Below, one piece after another: positions 22,001 through 31,017 of a stretch of 64,000 nt of DNA. A program made the position numbers and the translations under genes. Each line of letters opens with the position of its first letter. Position 1 is the first letter of the stretch. The notes beneath the pieces are model-generated. The model saw nothing but the letters and a program-made list of their open reading frames with translations. It was not told the origin of the DNA and ran no database searches. This DNA comes from Bdellovibrionota bacterium (lineage in GTDB: Bacteria > Bdellovibrionota_G > JALEGL01 > DATDPG01): contig OY764265.1 of the NCBI GenBank assembly GCA_963668355.1, positions 1,696,001 to 1,760,000 of the forward strand. Direction: 5' to 3'.

Positions 22001-23026
22001 GTGGATTCAGATTCCATAGTTAAAATTGTTCTCCTGCTTTTCTTGATTGCAGCGTCGGGATTCTTTTCCGGTTCTGAGTCGGCTTTTTTTAGTCTCGGGA
22101 TGTATCGTGTTCGCCGTCTCAAAGGAAAAGGAAACCGAAGTTTTTCCGCAGCGCATACATTGCTATCCAAGCCTTCAAAGTTGATCTCAACATTGTTGAC
22201 GGGAAATGAGTTTGTGAATGCGGCCATTGGTGTTGTCGGGGCTTCGCTGATCTATGACTTGTTTCATGAGAAAGTAGAACCAGAGGCCCTTCCGTGGTTG
22301 GGAATTTTTCTGGTGGTCCCTTTTGTGGTCGTGTTTGGAGAGATCATCCCAAAGAGCATGGCCCTTAGGAATCCTGAGCGCTATGTGAGTTTGAATGCCA
22401 TTCCCTTGTCACTTTTTTCTCGAGCCGTTGCCCCCATTCGAGATTTTCTGAACGCAATGAGCCAGCGTTTAGTAAAAATTTTAGGAGAAGCTCCTTCCTC
22501 AGGTGGGATTCAAGAGGAAGTGTTTCGATCGATGGTGGATGCAGGAACGGAGGAAGGGGTTTTGGATGATCAGGAAAAATCCCTCATTCATAACGTGTTT
22601 CAATTGGACGATGTTCAGGTTCGTCAGATCATGACCCCCAAAGAGAAGGTTGCCGTTTTAAGTCAAGATATGTCCTTGGACGAGGCTCTCCGGATCATTG
22701 AAGAAGAAAAGTATTCTCGTTTTCCGGTCCTTAAAGAAGATAAAAAGACGGTGGCCGGGGTCCTTTACATTAAGGACCTCTTGAATGACCAAGAGTTGGG
22801 TTTAAAGAATCCCGTCTCAAACTTTATGAGAAATGCCTTGACGGTTTCTCCAGACAATCATGGCCTCGCTTTGTTTGCCCAATTTAGATCCAAGCAAACG
22901 CATTTCGGTGTGGTTGTGGATGGTGCAGATCAGCACATGATTGGCATTGTCACATTGGAAGATGTCTTAGAGGAAATTTTTGGCGAAATTCGTGACGAAC
23001 AAGATGTAGAGGAGGGCTTATCCTAG
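22001..23026 (+). CDS. CNNM/DUF21-CBS membrane protein (CorB/TlyC-like), no C-terminal CorC domain
   Basis: FFSGSESA, GEIIPK, CBS pair with YSRFPV, GIVTLEDVLEEIFGEI. Confidence 0.92.
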   Translation: MDSDSIVKIVLLLFLIAASGFFSGSESAFFSLGMYRVRRLKGKGNRSFSAAHTLLSKPSKLISTLLTGNEFVNAAIGVVGASLIYDLFHEKVEPEALPWLGIFLVVPFVVVFGEIIPKSMALRNPERYVSLNAIPLSLFSRAVAPIRDFLNAMSQRLVKILGEAPSSGGIQEEVFRSMVDAGTEEGVLDDQEKSLIHNVFQLDDVQVRQIMTPKEKVAVLSQDMSLDEALRIIEEEKYSRFPVLKEDKKTVAGVLYIKDLLNDQELGLKNPVSNFMRNALTVSPDNHGLALFAQFRSKQTHFGVVVDGADQHMIGIVTLEDVLEEIFGEIRDEQDVEEGLS

Positions 23027-23043
23027 AAGTCATTCTCATTGCG

Positions 23044-24258
23044 TTGGTTTGCGTGTTGGCCGAAGGATTTTTCTCCGGTTCTGAAATGGCGGTTGTGTCC
23101 GTGAATCGCGGCCATCTTAGGCATTTGGTTGAGAAGGGCGTGAAGAGCGCAAAAATGTTGGATCGCGCCTTGGCCCGTCCCGAATGGTTTCTCGGAACCA
23201 CACTCTTGGGAACCAATCTGTCCACGATTACACTTAATGTTGTGGCAACGCTGTTTGTGGTTCGTCGGTTTGGTGAAGAGTATGAATTTTATACCTTGCT
23301 GATTACGGCCCCTCTGATTCTCATCTTCGGGGAGGTGTTGCCAAAAGTCATTTATCAACGATTTGCAGACGTGTTGGCGGTGAAATTGATTTTCCCACTG
23401 CGTGTGATTGGATGGTTTTTCGCTCCCGTCGTTTTCATTTTATCTCGCGTCTCGTCGTTTTTCAGCGGCTTGACCTCCAAAGAAAAATCGCCTGTTTTTA
23501 CACGCGAAGAACTTCAGCTCATGTTTTCTGTAAAAACAAATCGTTCGAAAATGAAAGAGCTGGAACAACAAATGATCGATCGGATTTTTTCTTTCTCAGA
23601 TCGAATGGCCAAAGACGTCATGATTCCTTTGGTTAATGTGGTTTCTATCCGTGACGATGCTTCGGTTCGACATGCCACGGTCGTAATGAGGAGAAGTGGT
23701 TTCAGTCGCATTCCAGTTTATGGGGATCGTGTGTTCGATATTGTGGGATGGGTGAGCCAAGCGGATCTTTTATTCGAGAAGGACAAGACGAAGCGGGTTG
23801 CCCAAATCATGCGTAAGGTTCGGTTTGTTCCCGAGACCATGATGATGGATCGTCTTTTGCTCAGTATGCAACGTCGAGGAGATAGCCTTGCGGTCGTTGT
23901 GGATGAGTACGGGGGTGGAATTGGTCTGATTACCATGGAAGACATTTTGGAAGAAGTTGTGGGAGAAGTGGAGGACGAGTTTGATCAGGATGAAAAGATG
24001 ATCGAAAGGCTTTCCTCACACCACTTAAAGGTAAATGCCCGCGTATCGATCTTAGAGATCAACGAGAAACTTCCAACCAAAATTCCGGAAGGCGAATATG
24101 AGACGTTGGGAGGTTTTCTTCAAATGAAACTTCAGCGAATGCCTCAAGAGGGGGATTCAGTTTTGATTGGGGGCAGCCAGATTCGTGTGATTGACGCGAC
24201 CGAACGGAGCGTGGAGTGCTGTGAAATTTTTCTCTCCAGAAAGTTTGCAAGGGAGTAG
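23044..24258 (+). CDS. CNNM/DUF21-CBS-CorC_HlyC membrane protein
   Basis: FFSGSEMA, GEVLPK, SRIPVY, VDEYGG and YETLGG motifs; start uncertain. Confidence 0.92.
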   Translation: MVCVLAEGFFSGSEMAVVSVNRGHLRHLVEKGVKSAKMLDRALARPEWFLGTTLLGTNLSTITLNVVATLFVVRRFGEEYEFYTLLITAPLILIFGEVLPKVIYQRFADVLAVKLIFPLRVIGWFFAPVVFILSRVSSFFSGLTSKEKSPVFTREELQLMFSVKTNRSKMKELEQQMIDRIFSFSDRMAKDVMIPLVNVVSIRDDASVRHATVVMRRSGFSRIPVYGDRVFDIVGWVSQADLLFEKDKTKRVAQIMRKVRFVPETMMMDRLLLSMQRRGDSLAVVVDEYGGGIGLITMEDILEEVVGEVEDEFDQDEKMIERLSSHHLKVNARVSILEINEKLPTKIPEGEYETLGGFLQMKLQRMPQEGDSVLIGGSQIRVIDATERSVECCEIFLSRKFARE

Positions 24259-24314
24259 AAAATTGAAACTGGACACTAGCCTCGAACGGAAATTAGTGGC
24301 ATAAAAATAAGCAC

Positions 24315-24668
24315 ATGACAGAAAAGGACTCAGAGCGAAGAAAACATGTCCGAATATTGGTCCGTGTCCTGGTGGATTTTGAAAGTCCAGACACGTACCT
24401 TTATGACTATTCAAGCAATTTGAGTGAGGGTGGAATCTTCATTGAAACTGACACCCCCTCTCCGGTTGGAACGGAGCTGACATTGCGCTTTACCCTCCCC
24501 GGTTTGGATCGGGTGTTTGAAGCCAAGAGCGTCATTCGTTGGCTCAATCAGGCGGGTGAAAATGGCAATCATCCGGTTCCTTCCTTGGGGCCTGGAATGG
24601 GGATTGAGTTTCTTGAGATGGAACCGGCCGATAAAGATCTGATTAAAAGTTTTATTCAGGATAAATAG
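24315..24668 (+). CDS. PilZ-domain protein (TIGR02266-like)
   Basis: RRKHVR (RxxxR), NLSEGGIF and GMGIEF motifs. Confidence 0.9.
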   Translation: MTEKDSERRKHVRILVRVLVDFESPDTYLYDYSSNLSEGGIFIETDTPSPVGTELTLRFTLPGLDRVFEAKSVIRWLNQAGENGNHPVPSLGPGMGIEFLEMEPADKDLIKSFIQDK

Positions 24669-24676
24669 ATTCGCAC

Positions 24677-24958
24677 TTATTGTCCGCAGCCTTCGCCACC
24701 GGGATTATACGAACATTCCAGACATTTTCGCCAGCTACCATAGCGTCGCGTGCATTCGTCCCGCCCCATTTCAATATTGGGTGTTGTGGGCGCAGGGTCG
24801 TTCGCGCCTGCATTGAGGAAGGGGCAGGGGTTGACTCCATTGGCGTCGGCTCCAACGACGGCTTGATTTAAGGCCGCATAACCGTCGGCCGCAAAGCCAG
24901 GAGAAGCCAGGCCAAGTGCCATGAAGACGACTGTGAGTGTGAAGATAACGCGTCGCAT
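24677..24958 (-). CDS. Small secreted Cys-rich protein
   Basis: Signal peptide ending GFA-A; five Cys in the mature part; AAGGG upstream; same strand as the tad cluster, 53 nt after tadB. Confidence 0.65.
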   Translation of the reverse strand: MRRVIFTLTVVFMALGLASPGFAADGYAALNQAVVGADANGVNPCPFLNAGANDPAPTTPNIEMGRDECTRRYGSWRKCLECSYNPGGEGCGQ

Positions 24959-25011
24959 CTACCCTTATTATACGACGTTTGGCCCCCCGGTGTCCATGCC
25001 CAAAATTAGAG

Positions 25012-25905
25012 CTAAATATCTATAGTTATTATCTTTTTTATCCATAAAGCCCCGATTGTCTGAAACAAAAGCATCACCCCGATGAGGATCCATCCGGGCT
25101 TGGATGAAAACAAAGGTTCCAGGAATCCGGGGTTAAAAACGTAGAGCAAGAGGCCCAGAACGAAGGGCATGAGAATGAGCAAGAGACCTTGCATTTTCCC
25201 TTGTTGAGTCATGGCGTTGATTTTGCCGTCTACTTTTCTCCTTTCCCGGATCGTGGAGGCAATGACATCAAAGGTTTCGCTCAAATCTCCGCCGGTTTCT
25301 CGAAGGATCAGAATGGAATGAATGGCAATGCGGAGATCTTGACTGGGAAGTCTCTCAGCCATTTTCCCCAGAGCTTCATCGATGGTCAGCCCAAGTTTTT
25401 CTTGGGAAAGCACCAAGCCAAATTCTTGAGAAAGAGGGGTTGGCATCTCGCGCACGAGGGTCTGAATGACTTGGTTCAGATTCAATCCAGACTTGATGGA
25501 ATTGGACATGAGGTTCAAGCCGTCGATGAGTTGGCGATCAAATAGTCCCAAACGCCGCTGCCATTGAAGTGTAATGAAGATTCGAGGGAGAAAATAGCCA
25601 AAGCAGCCGAAGAGAAGTGTGATGAAAAAGGTGACGGAACCCTGCCCACTCGCGAGAAAAAGGCCCAGTGCAGCCAAGACCAGTGGGGGAATGAGGGTTA
25701 AAAGCAAGGCCCTTCGAGGAGGAATGGGTTTGAACATACGCTCGTATATGTCGAGCGTCCATCGAACCCGTGCCTGGATGGTAGAGGTGATGACTTTTTC
25801 CAGAAGAGGGTAGAGGAAGAAACCCAGTCCGGCAAAAGCCAAGCCCAACATGAGGACGGCCGCGTAACCAAACAATCCTTCTCGGGTAAATGTGAAAAAA
25901 TCCAT
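25012..25905 (-). CDS. tadB: Tad pilus platform protein TadB (T2SS F family)
   Basis: SIKSGLNL, RETGGDLSE and TIRERRK..GKINAMTQQG motifs; TM helices. Confidence 0.92.
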   Translation of the reverse strand: MDFFTFTREGLFGYAAVLMLGLAFAGLGFFLYPLLEKVITSTIQARVRWTLDIYERMFKPIPPRRALLLTLIPPLVLAALGLFLASGQGSVTFFITLLFGCFGYFLPRIFITLQWQRRLGLFDRQLIDGLNLMSNSIKSGLNLNQVIQTLVREMPTPLSQEFGLVLSQEKLGLTIDEALGKMAERLPSQDLRIAIHSILILRETGGDLSETFDVIASTIRERRKVDGKINAMTQQGKMQGLLLILMPFVLGLLLYVFNPGFLEPLFSSKPGWILIGVMLLFQTIGALWIKKIITIDI

Positions 25906-25912
25906 GGTTTGT

Positions 25913-28048
25913 TTAGCCCCCCATTAGGCTTTTGGGGAGGGCGATGCCTTTCTCTTTAAAAATTTCCGTAAACGAAGGAACCAGGCCCGTAGCCAAATAC
26001 GTTCCCTGCACATTCCCGGAAGCATCCACGCCTTTTTGGCGGAACAGAAAAATGTCTTGAACATTGATTTCGCCATTTTGTCCGCTGGCCACTTCACTTA
26101 CAGCCGTGACTTTTCGTGTTCCGTCACTCATTCGTGTGAGCTGTACAATGAGCTGGATGGCTCCGGCAATTTGCTCTCGGATGGCTCTGGAAGGAAGATC
26201 TAATCCGGCAAACATTACCAGGGTTTCTAGGCGCGTGAGGCAATCCCGAGGCGAGTTGGAATGAATGGTGGTCATGGAACCATCGTGGCCCGTGTTCATC
26301 GCTTGAAGCATATCCAAGGCTTCTGCTCCTCGACATTCTCCCACGATGATTCGGTCCGGGCGCATTCGTAAGGTGTTTCGAACCAATTCACGAATGGGGA
26401 TGGCTCCTTCGCCCTGAAGATTGGGAGGACGGGCTTCTAATCGTCCCACATGTTCTTGCGGCAATTTTAGCTCGGCGGCATCTTCCACTGTCAGAATACG
26501 TTCGTTGGAAGGAATGAAGCTGGACAAAACATTGAGAAGCGTGGTTTTTCCGGTTCCGGTTCCTCCCGAGATGAGAATGTTCAGTCGGGCTTGAACACAT
26601 GCGCGCAAAAAATCGGAAATTTCCGTTGTGAGTGCTCCCAAAGAAACAAGTTGTTCCGGTCCCAAAATTTTTCCACTAAATTTTCGAATGGTCAGCATGG
26701 GGCCGTCCATGGCCAAGGGAGGGATGATGGCATGGACGCGGGATCCATCACGCAAGCGTGCGTCGACCATGGGGGTTTTTTCGTCAATGCGTCTTCCGAC
26801 CGGGGCCACAATTCGTTCAATGACGCCCAGCAAATGTTTGTTGCTGGTAAAGCGATACGGGGAGAGTGTGAGCCTTCCGTTTTGCTCCACATAGATTTGA
26901 TCTTTTCGATTGACCAAGATTTCTGAAATGGACGACTCGGCCAAGAGATCTTCCAAGGGCCCCAAGCCCAAGGCTTCATCCAAAACTTCTTTGCATACTT
27001 TTTGTCGTTCCTCGCGAGAGGAAATTTCCGGCATTTGGTCAATGATACGGAGGATGACTTCGCGGGTTTTAGCGCGTAAATCAGAAAGCGACTTTTCATC
27101 TTGTCGGTTCAGCTCTTCGGGAGAAAGTTGTCTGAAATCCATCTGTTCAATCAATCTTTGATGGATGCGCATTCGGAGATCCGCCTGTCGATCTTCTTCT
27201 TCCGAAAAGGCTTTGGGGGAAGGGGTCGAATCAGAAGAAGTCAGAGAGGTCTTGGTTTCTTCGACCACTCCGGCCGTTTCCAATCGATGTCCTTTGGTCG
27301 GTTTCAAGAGACCTTGGGTGAGAATCACACGGGCGAGATCTTCGATGACAACGCTGTAATTAGCTCGTGGATGCAATTGGAACAAGGGAACCGCCTCTTG
27401 TATGGAATTGGCAATTTCCTCGGGATCTTGCGGAAGGAGGGCCAAGCAATCTCGCTTAAGTTTTTGTTGAACCATGCCTTCTGTGATGGGACTGTCTGGG
27501 TTAAATTGATTCAAAACAATTTGGATCAAATCACTCGGAAACGCCATGTTTTGGAAGTCGGCCAACGATTGAACGGATCGGTGGATGGGAAGGAGTTCCG
27601 GGAGCGTGCAAAATAAAATAAGAGAAGACTTCTCAAAGGCTTTTACATTGAAGGGATGAATCTGACTGCCACAATCCACAATCACAAACGAAAACATGGT
27701 TTGAGCGTATTGAAGAATTCGCTCGACTTGAATGGACTCAACCTGACTGACTTGACTCAAGTCCCTGGCTCCGGGCAATAGCGGAACGGAATCTTTTCCT
27801 GCGTTTACCAACGCATGTTCAAATAGTTGTCGATTCAATTTGTGACTATGGGGAGCCAAATCGGCCAATGAACTTTTGGGCGTTTGTCCCAGAAGAAGAG
27901 CCATGTCTCCTGTGTCTGAAGGATCCAAATCGACTAGAAGTGTTTCTTTCCGACTCACGCGAGCCAAAGCGTAGGCTAGATTGGTCGCCAACAGCGTTTT
28001 TCCAACGCCACCTTTCGGCCCATAGACACAAATAGTGAAGGCTGCCAT
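25913..28048 (-). CDS. cpaF: Fusion of a MinD/CpaE-like P-loop domain and the CpaF/TadA assembly ATPase
   Basis: N-terminal KGGVGKT and VDLD; C-terminal GLGPLE, SGGTGTGKTT, LRMRPDRIIVGECRG and MNTGHDGS. Confidence 0.95.
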   Translation of the reverse strand: MAAFTICVYGPKGGVGKTLLATNLAYALARVSRKETLLVDLDPSDTGDMALLLGQTPKSSLADLAPHSHKLNRQLFEHALVNAGKDSVPLLPGARDLSQVSQVESIQVERILQYAQTMFSFVIVDCGSQIHPFNVKAFEKSSLILFCTLPELLPIHRSVQSLADFQNMAFPSDLIQIVLNQFNPDSPITEGMVQQKLKRDCLALLPQDPEEIANSIQEAVPLFQLHPRANYSVVIEDLARVILTQGLLKPTKGHRLETAGVVEETKTSLTSSDSTPSPKAFSEEEDRQADLRMRIHQRLIEQMDFRQLSPEELNRQDEKSLSDLRAKTREVILRIIDQMPEISSREERQKVCKEVLDEALGLGPLEDLLAESSISEILVNRKDQIYVEQNGRLTLSPYRFTSNKHLLGVIERIVAPVGRRIDEKTPMVDARLRDGSRVHAIIPPLAMDGPMLTIRKFSGKILGPEQLVSLGALTTEISDFLRACVQARLNILISGGTGTGKTTLLNVLSSFIPSNERILTVEDAAELKLPQEHVGRLEARPPNLQGEGAIPIRELVRNTLRMRPDRIIVGECRGAEALDMLQAMNTGHDGSMTTIHSNSPRDCLTRLETLVMFAGLDLPSRAIREQIAGAIQLIVQLTRMSDGTRKVTAVSEVASGQNGEINVQDIFLFRQKGVDASGNVQGTYLATGLVPSFTEIFKEKGIALPKSLMGG

Positions 28049-28052
28049 GGCT

Positions 28053-29564
28053 TTACTCCGCAGAGCCTCCTTGTCCTGGGCTCCCAGAAGATTTCACGTT
28101 CTCCGGATACACTTCATAGAGATTGAATTGGTCTTTGATCTCTCGATTGGCGTCTTTCGCAAATTGAAGAATTTTCGGCGTGATGAAGATCAAGAACTGA
28201 CTTTTGTTTTTGGCTTCGTCATTTCCTGAAAAGAGTGTGAATAGGGATCCTAGAGGAAAAGGATCTTCTACCGCTTCAAACGTGCTGGTTGGAACACTTG
28301 AGTCACTTTGTGTTTGGGAATTGGGTTTGTCGATGGCTTTTCGGTTGGAATATCGAACGAGTCCGCCGATAACGACAGATTCCCCGGATCGGACAAATTG
28401 GGAAGTGTGAACGGAGCTGCTCGAGATGGCCACGCCTCCTGTAACTTCCGGAGATCCGAGTGAGCTAACCTGTACGTCGATGTCCAAATCAATTTCGCTT
28501 CCACGGGCGAAAGGACGAATGGTCAGTTCGGCTCCGACATCTTGGAAGTCCAAAGAGACCACGCCATTTTGTTGAACGGTTGGAAATCCGATGCGCGTTC
28601 CACTTTTGATGATGGCTTCATCTCCACTGGTCACGGAGACCGAAGGATTTTCCAATACACGTGCAACTCCGAGGGCGCGGTAATAGTTTAGTTTGGGAAG
28701 AATGTCTGTAGCAGAAGCGGTGAGAGCACCTGTAAAGTTGTTGCTTCCTGAGAGCGGGTTGATGGTGTAGTTGAGCGAGGTGCCGATACCGGGAATGGGG
28801 TTCCAACGAAAATTGATGTGTTTGGCGTAGTTTTTCGCCATCTCGACAAAGTGTGCCGTCACCTGAATCGTGGGTTTCCGATTGGGAGGCTCAGGAAGTT
28901 GACGAATCTCCAACACATTTAAGACTCTGTCGGAATAGAGCTTGGCAATTTTTTCCGCTTTTGCAAAAGATTGTTGAGAATAAACTTCTCCTTCCAAGAT
29001 GATTCTGCCTTTCAAGGCGCGAACCGAAACCTCATCCATTCCAATTTCTTTTTCAATTTTCTTGGCAATGATGGTGTTGGTGTCTGGGTTCAGACGCGTC
29101 AAGTCAATGATGTTCTTCGCGTTCCCTTTGACCTTCTGAATGCGTTCCTTGTCCGAGGGGATGATGAGTTCGCCATCGATGATGATCTTGTCGTCCATCC
29201 GCTTGATTTCAATGCCCTCAACATCAATTAATAATTGCCGGACCTGACTTAAAAGCTTTTCGGGATCACTTGGATAAACGGTCAACTCAATGGTGTCTCG
29301 TTCTTTCCCTTTGTGATCGTAGATGATGAGCAAGGTGCTTCCGACGGACTTGGGAATCAGAGCGACTCGATTTCGTTTTCGATCAGCCTTAAAGTCGACC
29401 ACCGCCGGATTTCCAATGGTGATATTTCCAATCTTATAGCTTCGCTTTAATACGCGAGGTTGGTTGATGACCAAATACTCTTTTCGTTGCGCAGAATGTC
29501 CCATCGATGGAAGCATCCATACGAATGTGAAAAGAAACAGAAGAAGTAAGCTTGCCCGTTTCAT
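28053..29564 (-). CDS. cpaC: Tad secretin CpaC/RcpA with BON-like domains
   Basis: Signal peptide; IGNPAVVD N domain; ARVLENPSV, DVGAELTIRP, GESVVIGGL and FLIFITPKI. Confidence 0.9.
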   Translation of the reverse strand: MKRASLLLLFLFTFVWMLPSMGHSAQRKEYLVINQPRVLKRSYKIGNITIGNPAVVDFKADRKRNRVALIPKSVGSTLLIIYDHKGKERDTIELTVYPSDPEKLLSQVRQLLIDVEGIEIKRMDDKIIIDGELIIPSDKERIQKVKGNAKNIIDLTRLNPDTNTIIAKKIEKEIGMDEVSVRALKGRIILEGEVYSQQSFAKAEKIAKLYSDRVLNVLEIRQLPEPPNRKPTIQVTAHFVEMAKNYAKHINFRWNPIPGIGTSLNYTINPLSGSNNFTGALTASATDILPKLNYYRALGVARVLENPSVSVTSGDEAIIKSGTRIGFPTVQQNGVVSLDFQDVGAELTIRPFARGSEIDLDIDVQVSSLGSPEVTGGVAISSSSVHTSQFVRSGESVVIGGLVRYSNRKAIDKPNSQTQSDSSVPTSTFEAVEDPFPLGSLFTLFSGNDEAKNKSQFLIFITPKILQFAKDANREIKDQFNLYEVYPENVKSSGSPGQGGSAE

Positions 29565-29576
29565 GGTTTTTTCTCC

Positions 29577-30422
29577 CTATGGCACCATCATCGTTTGATT
29601 TCCTCGCAACTCCATCCAACGGGGACGACGAGAAATTTCAATTTTTTGTTTGATGCCTGTAACCGACTGTGTCGTGCTGTGTTCCTCTTTGAGAGAGGGA
29701 TCCTCCTCGCCACCGAAACGATTTAAGTAGGATCGAAGCGAAAGTGAAAGTGTGCCCACCTGTTGGGCAACGGCCAAATCCATGCACTCTCTGGGCGTGG
29801 CTGCAATGGTGATGTTGGAAAAACTCATGATTTGAGGAGAGGCCGTGAGTGCCTTGCTTCTTTTCTCGGGCATGGCCCCATCGAACATATAGTTTTTTCC
29901 CACCGATAGAACTTGATGATTTTGGAAAAGCGTCATGGTTTGCACGCTATTGGCCAGATTCGTTTTTTCGTCCAGAGTTTTGAATGTGGCCAAAATGTCA
30001 ATGTGATCCCCCGGTCGGATCAGGCCAGCAACCCCCGAAATTTCATTCACAGGAATGGTGCACGCCCGTGAGTTTTCATCGATTTCCAAAGAGATGCGAC
30101 TTTCTCCAGGTTTGGAGATCTTTGTGAGGGTGATTTGCCCTCCTTGTTTAATGGTTGTATCCGCCCGGTACCCCAAGACAATTCCCAGATCAGTTTCATC
30201 CAATGCATCCGGTTCTTTAAACGCTTTGGGAATTTTTTTCTTCGCCAGCATGGTTTCATCGATGAGCTGGTAACGTGGAATATCCGTTTTTGCGATGAGA
30301 ATGATTTCCTCGCCATATTTATCTTTCCAGTAGGTTTCTTTGCTCGATACATAGAGAACCAACAAGAGAGCGGCACTCAAACCAAAGACAGTTGCAAAAA
30401 GGAGGGCGCGACGATTTTTCAC
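29577..30422 (-). CDS. cpaB: Flp pilus assembly protein CpaB/RcpC
   Basis: N-terminal TM, SAF-like domain, GVAGLIRPGDHIDIL, GTLSLSLR; GTG start. Confidence 0.92.
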   Translation of the reverse strand: MKNRRALLFATVFGLSAALLLVLYVSSKETYWKDKYGEEIILIAKTDIPRYQLIDETMLAKKKIPKAFKEPDALDETDLGIVLGYRADTTIKQGGQITLTKISKPGESRISLEIDENSRACTIPVNEISGVAGLIRPGDHIDILATFKTLDEKTNLANSVQTMTLFQNHQVLSVGKNYMFDGAMPEKRSKALTASPQIMSFSNITIAATPRECMDLAVAQQVGTLSLSLRSYLNRFGGEEDPSLKEEHSTTQSVTGIKQKIEISRRPRWMELRGNQTMMVP

Positions 30423-30510
30423 GATATTTCTCCGAGTTTCATGGATGCGTTATGGCCCTGTTTGGGTCGGGCCTTAAACTCTGTAAGTGTACAGAACGAA
30501 AGGGAAATTC

Positions 30511-31017
30511 TCAAGATTGCTCCCCAAAAAGATGCCGGCCAATTGCGGTGGTCATCTTGTCCCAAAAGGATTTTTTTTCGGGTTTGTAATTTTTGCGCTG
30601 ATGAAGTTGTCGTTTGAAGGCCAAGCGTTGAAGGAAGCTTGCCAGAGCAATTTGGCGGCGTATCCGCTCTTCTTGACCTCTTTTTTCTAGAATTTGAGCC
30701 AGTAAACGGGGGTTAAGGGCTTTTTCAACATAGTCCGAGATCGCGTCTCGGAGTTTTTCGTTGGCAGCCAAGTTCTTTGCAAATGACGCATATTCAGGAC
30801 TCTCCAGGACTTCTTGAATTTGCTCCTTTCGAAACCCCTGTTGTTCCAGAACGGCGGTCAAGTCATTGGCAGCTTTCCGTTGGACCATGGCCATGATGAA
30901 GGTTTCGGCTCGCCCTTTTTCAGATGAAGAGGGAAGAGATTCGTTTTCCTCGGCCAGCAGGGAAAAGGAAAGGGTGAAGGAAAGAACGAGAAGAAGTGCC
31001 AGCGTTGCTCGTTTCAT
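30511..31017 (-). CDS. Hypothetical exported helical protein within the tad cluster
   Basis: Signal peptide; 4 nt overlap with the upstream pilin-like gene. Confidence 0.7.
   Translation of the reverse strand: MKRATLALLLVLSFTLSFSLLAEENESLPSSSEKGRAETFIMAMVQRKAANDLTAVLEQQGFRKEQIQEVLESPEYASFAKNLAANEKLRDAISDYVEKALNPRLLAQILEKRGQEERIRRQIALASFLQRLAFKRQLHQRKNYKPEKKSFWDKMTTAIGRHLFGEQS

Noticed and set aside
22001..24258. Hemolysin/toxin interpretation of the CNNM pair
   Set aside because: The family consists of Mg/Co transport-related CBS proteins; the hemolysin label is historical, and tandem pairs are not unusual.
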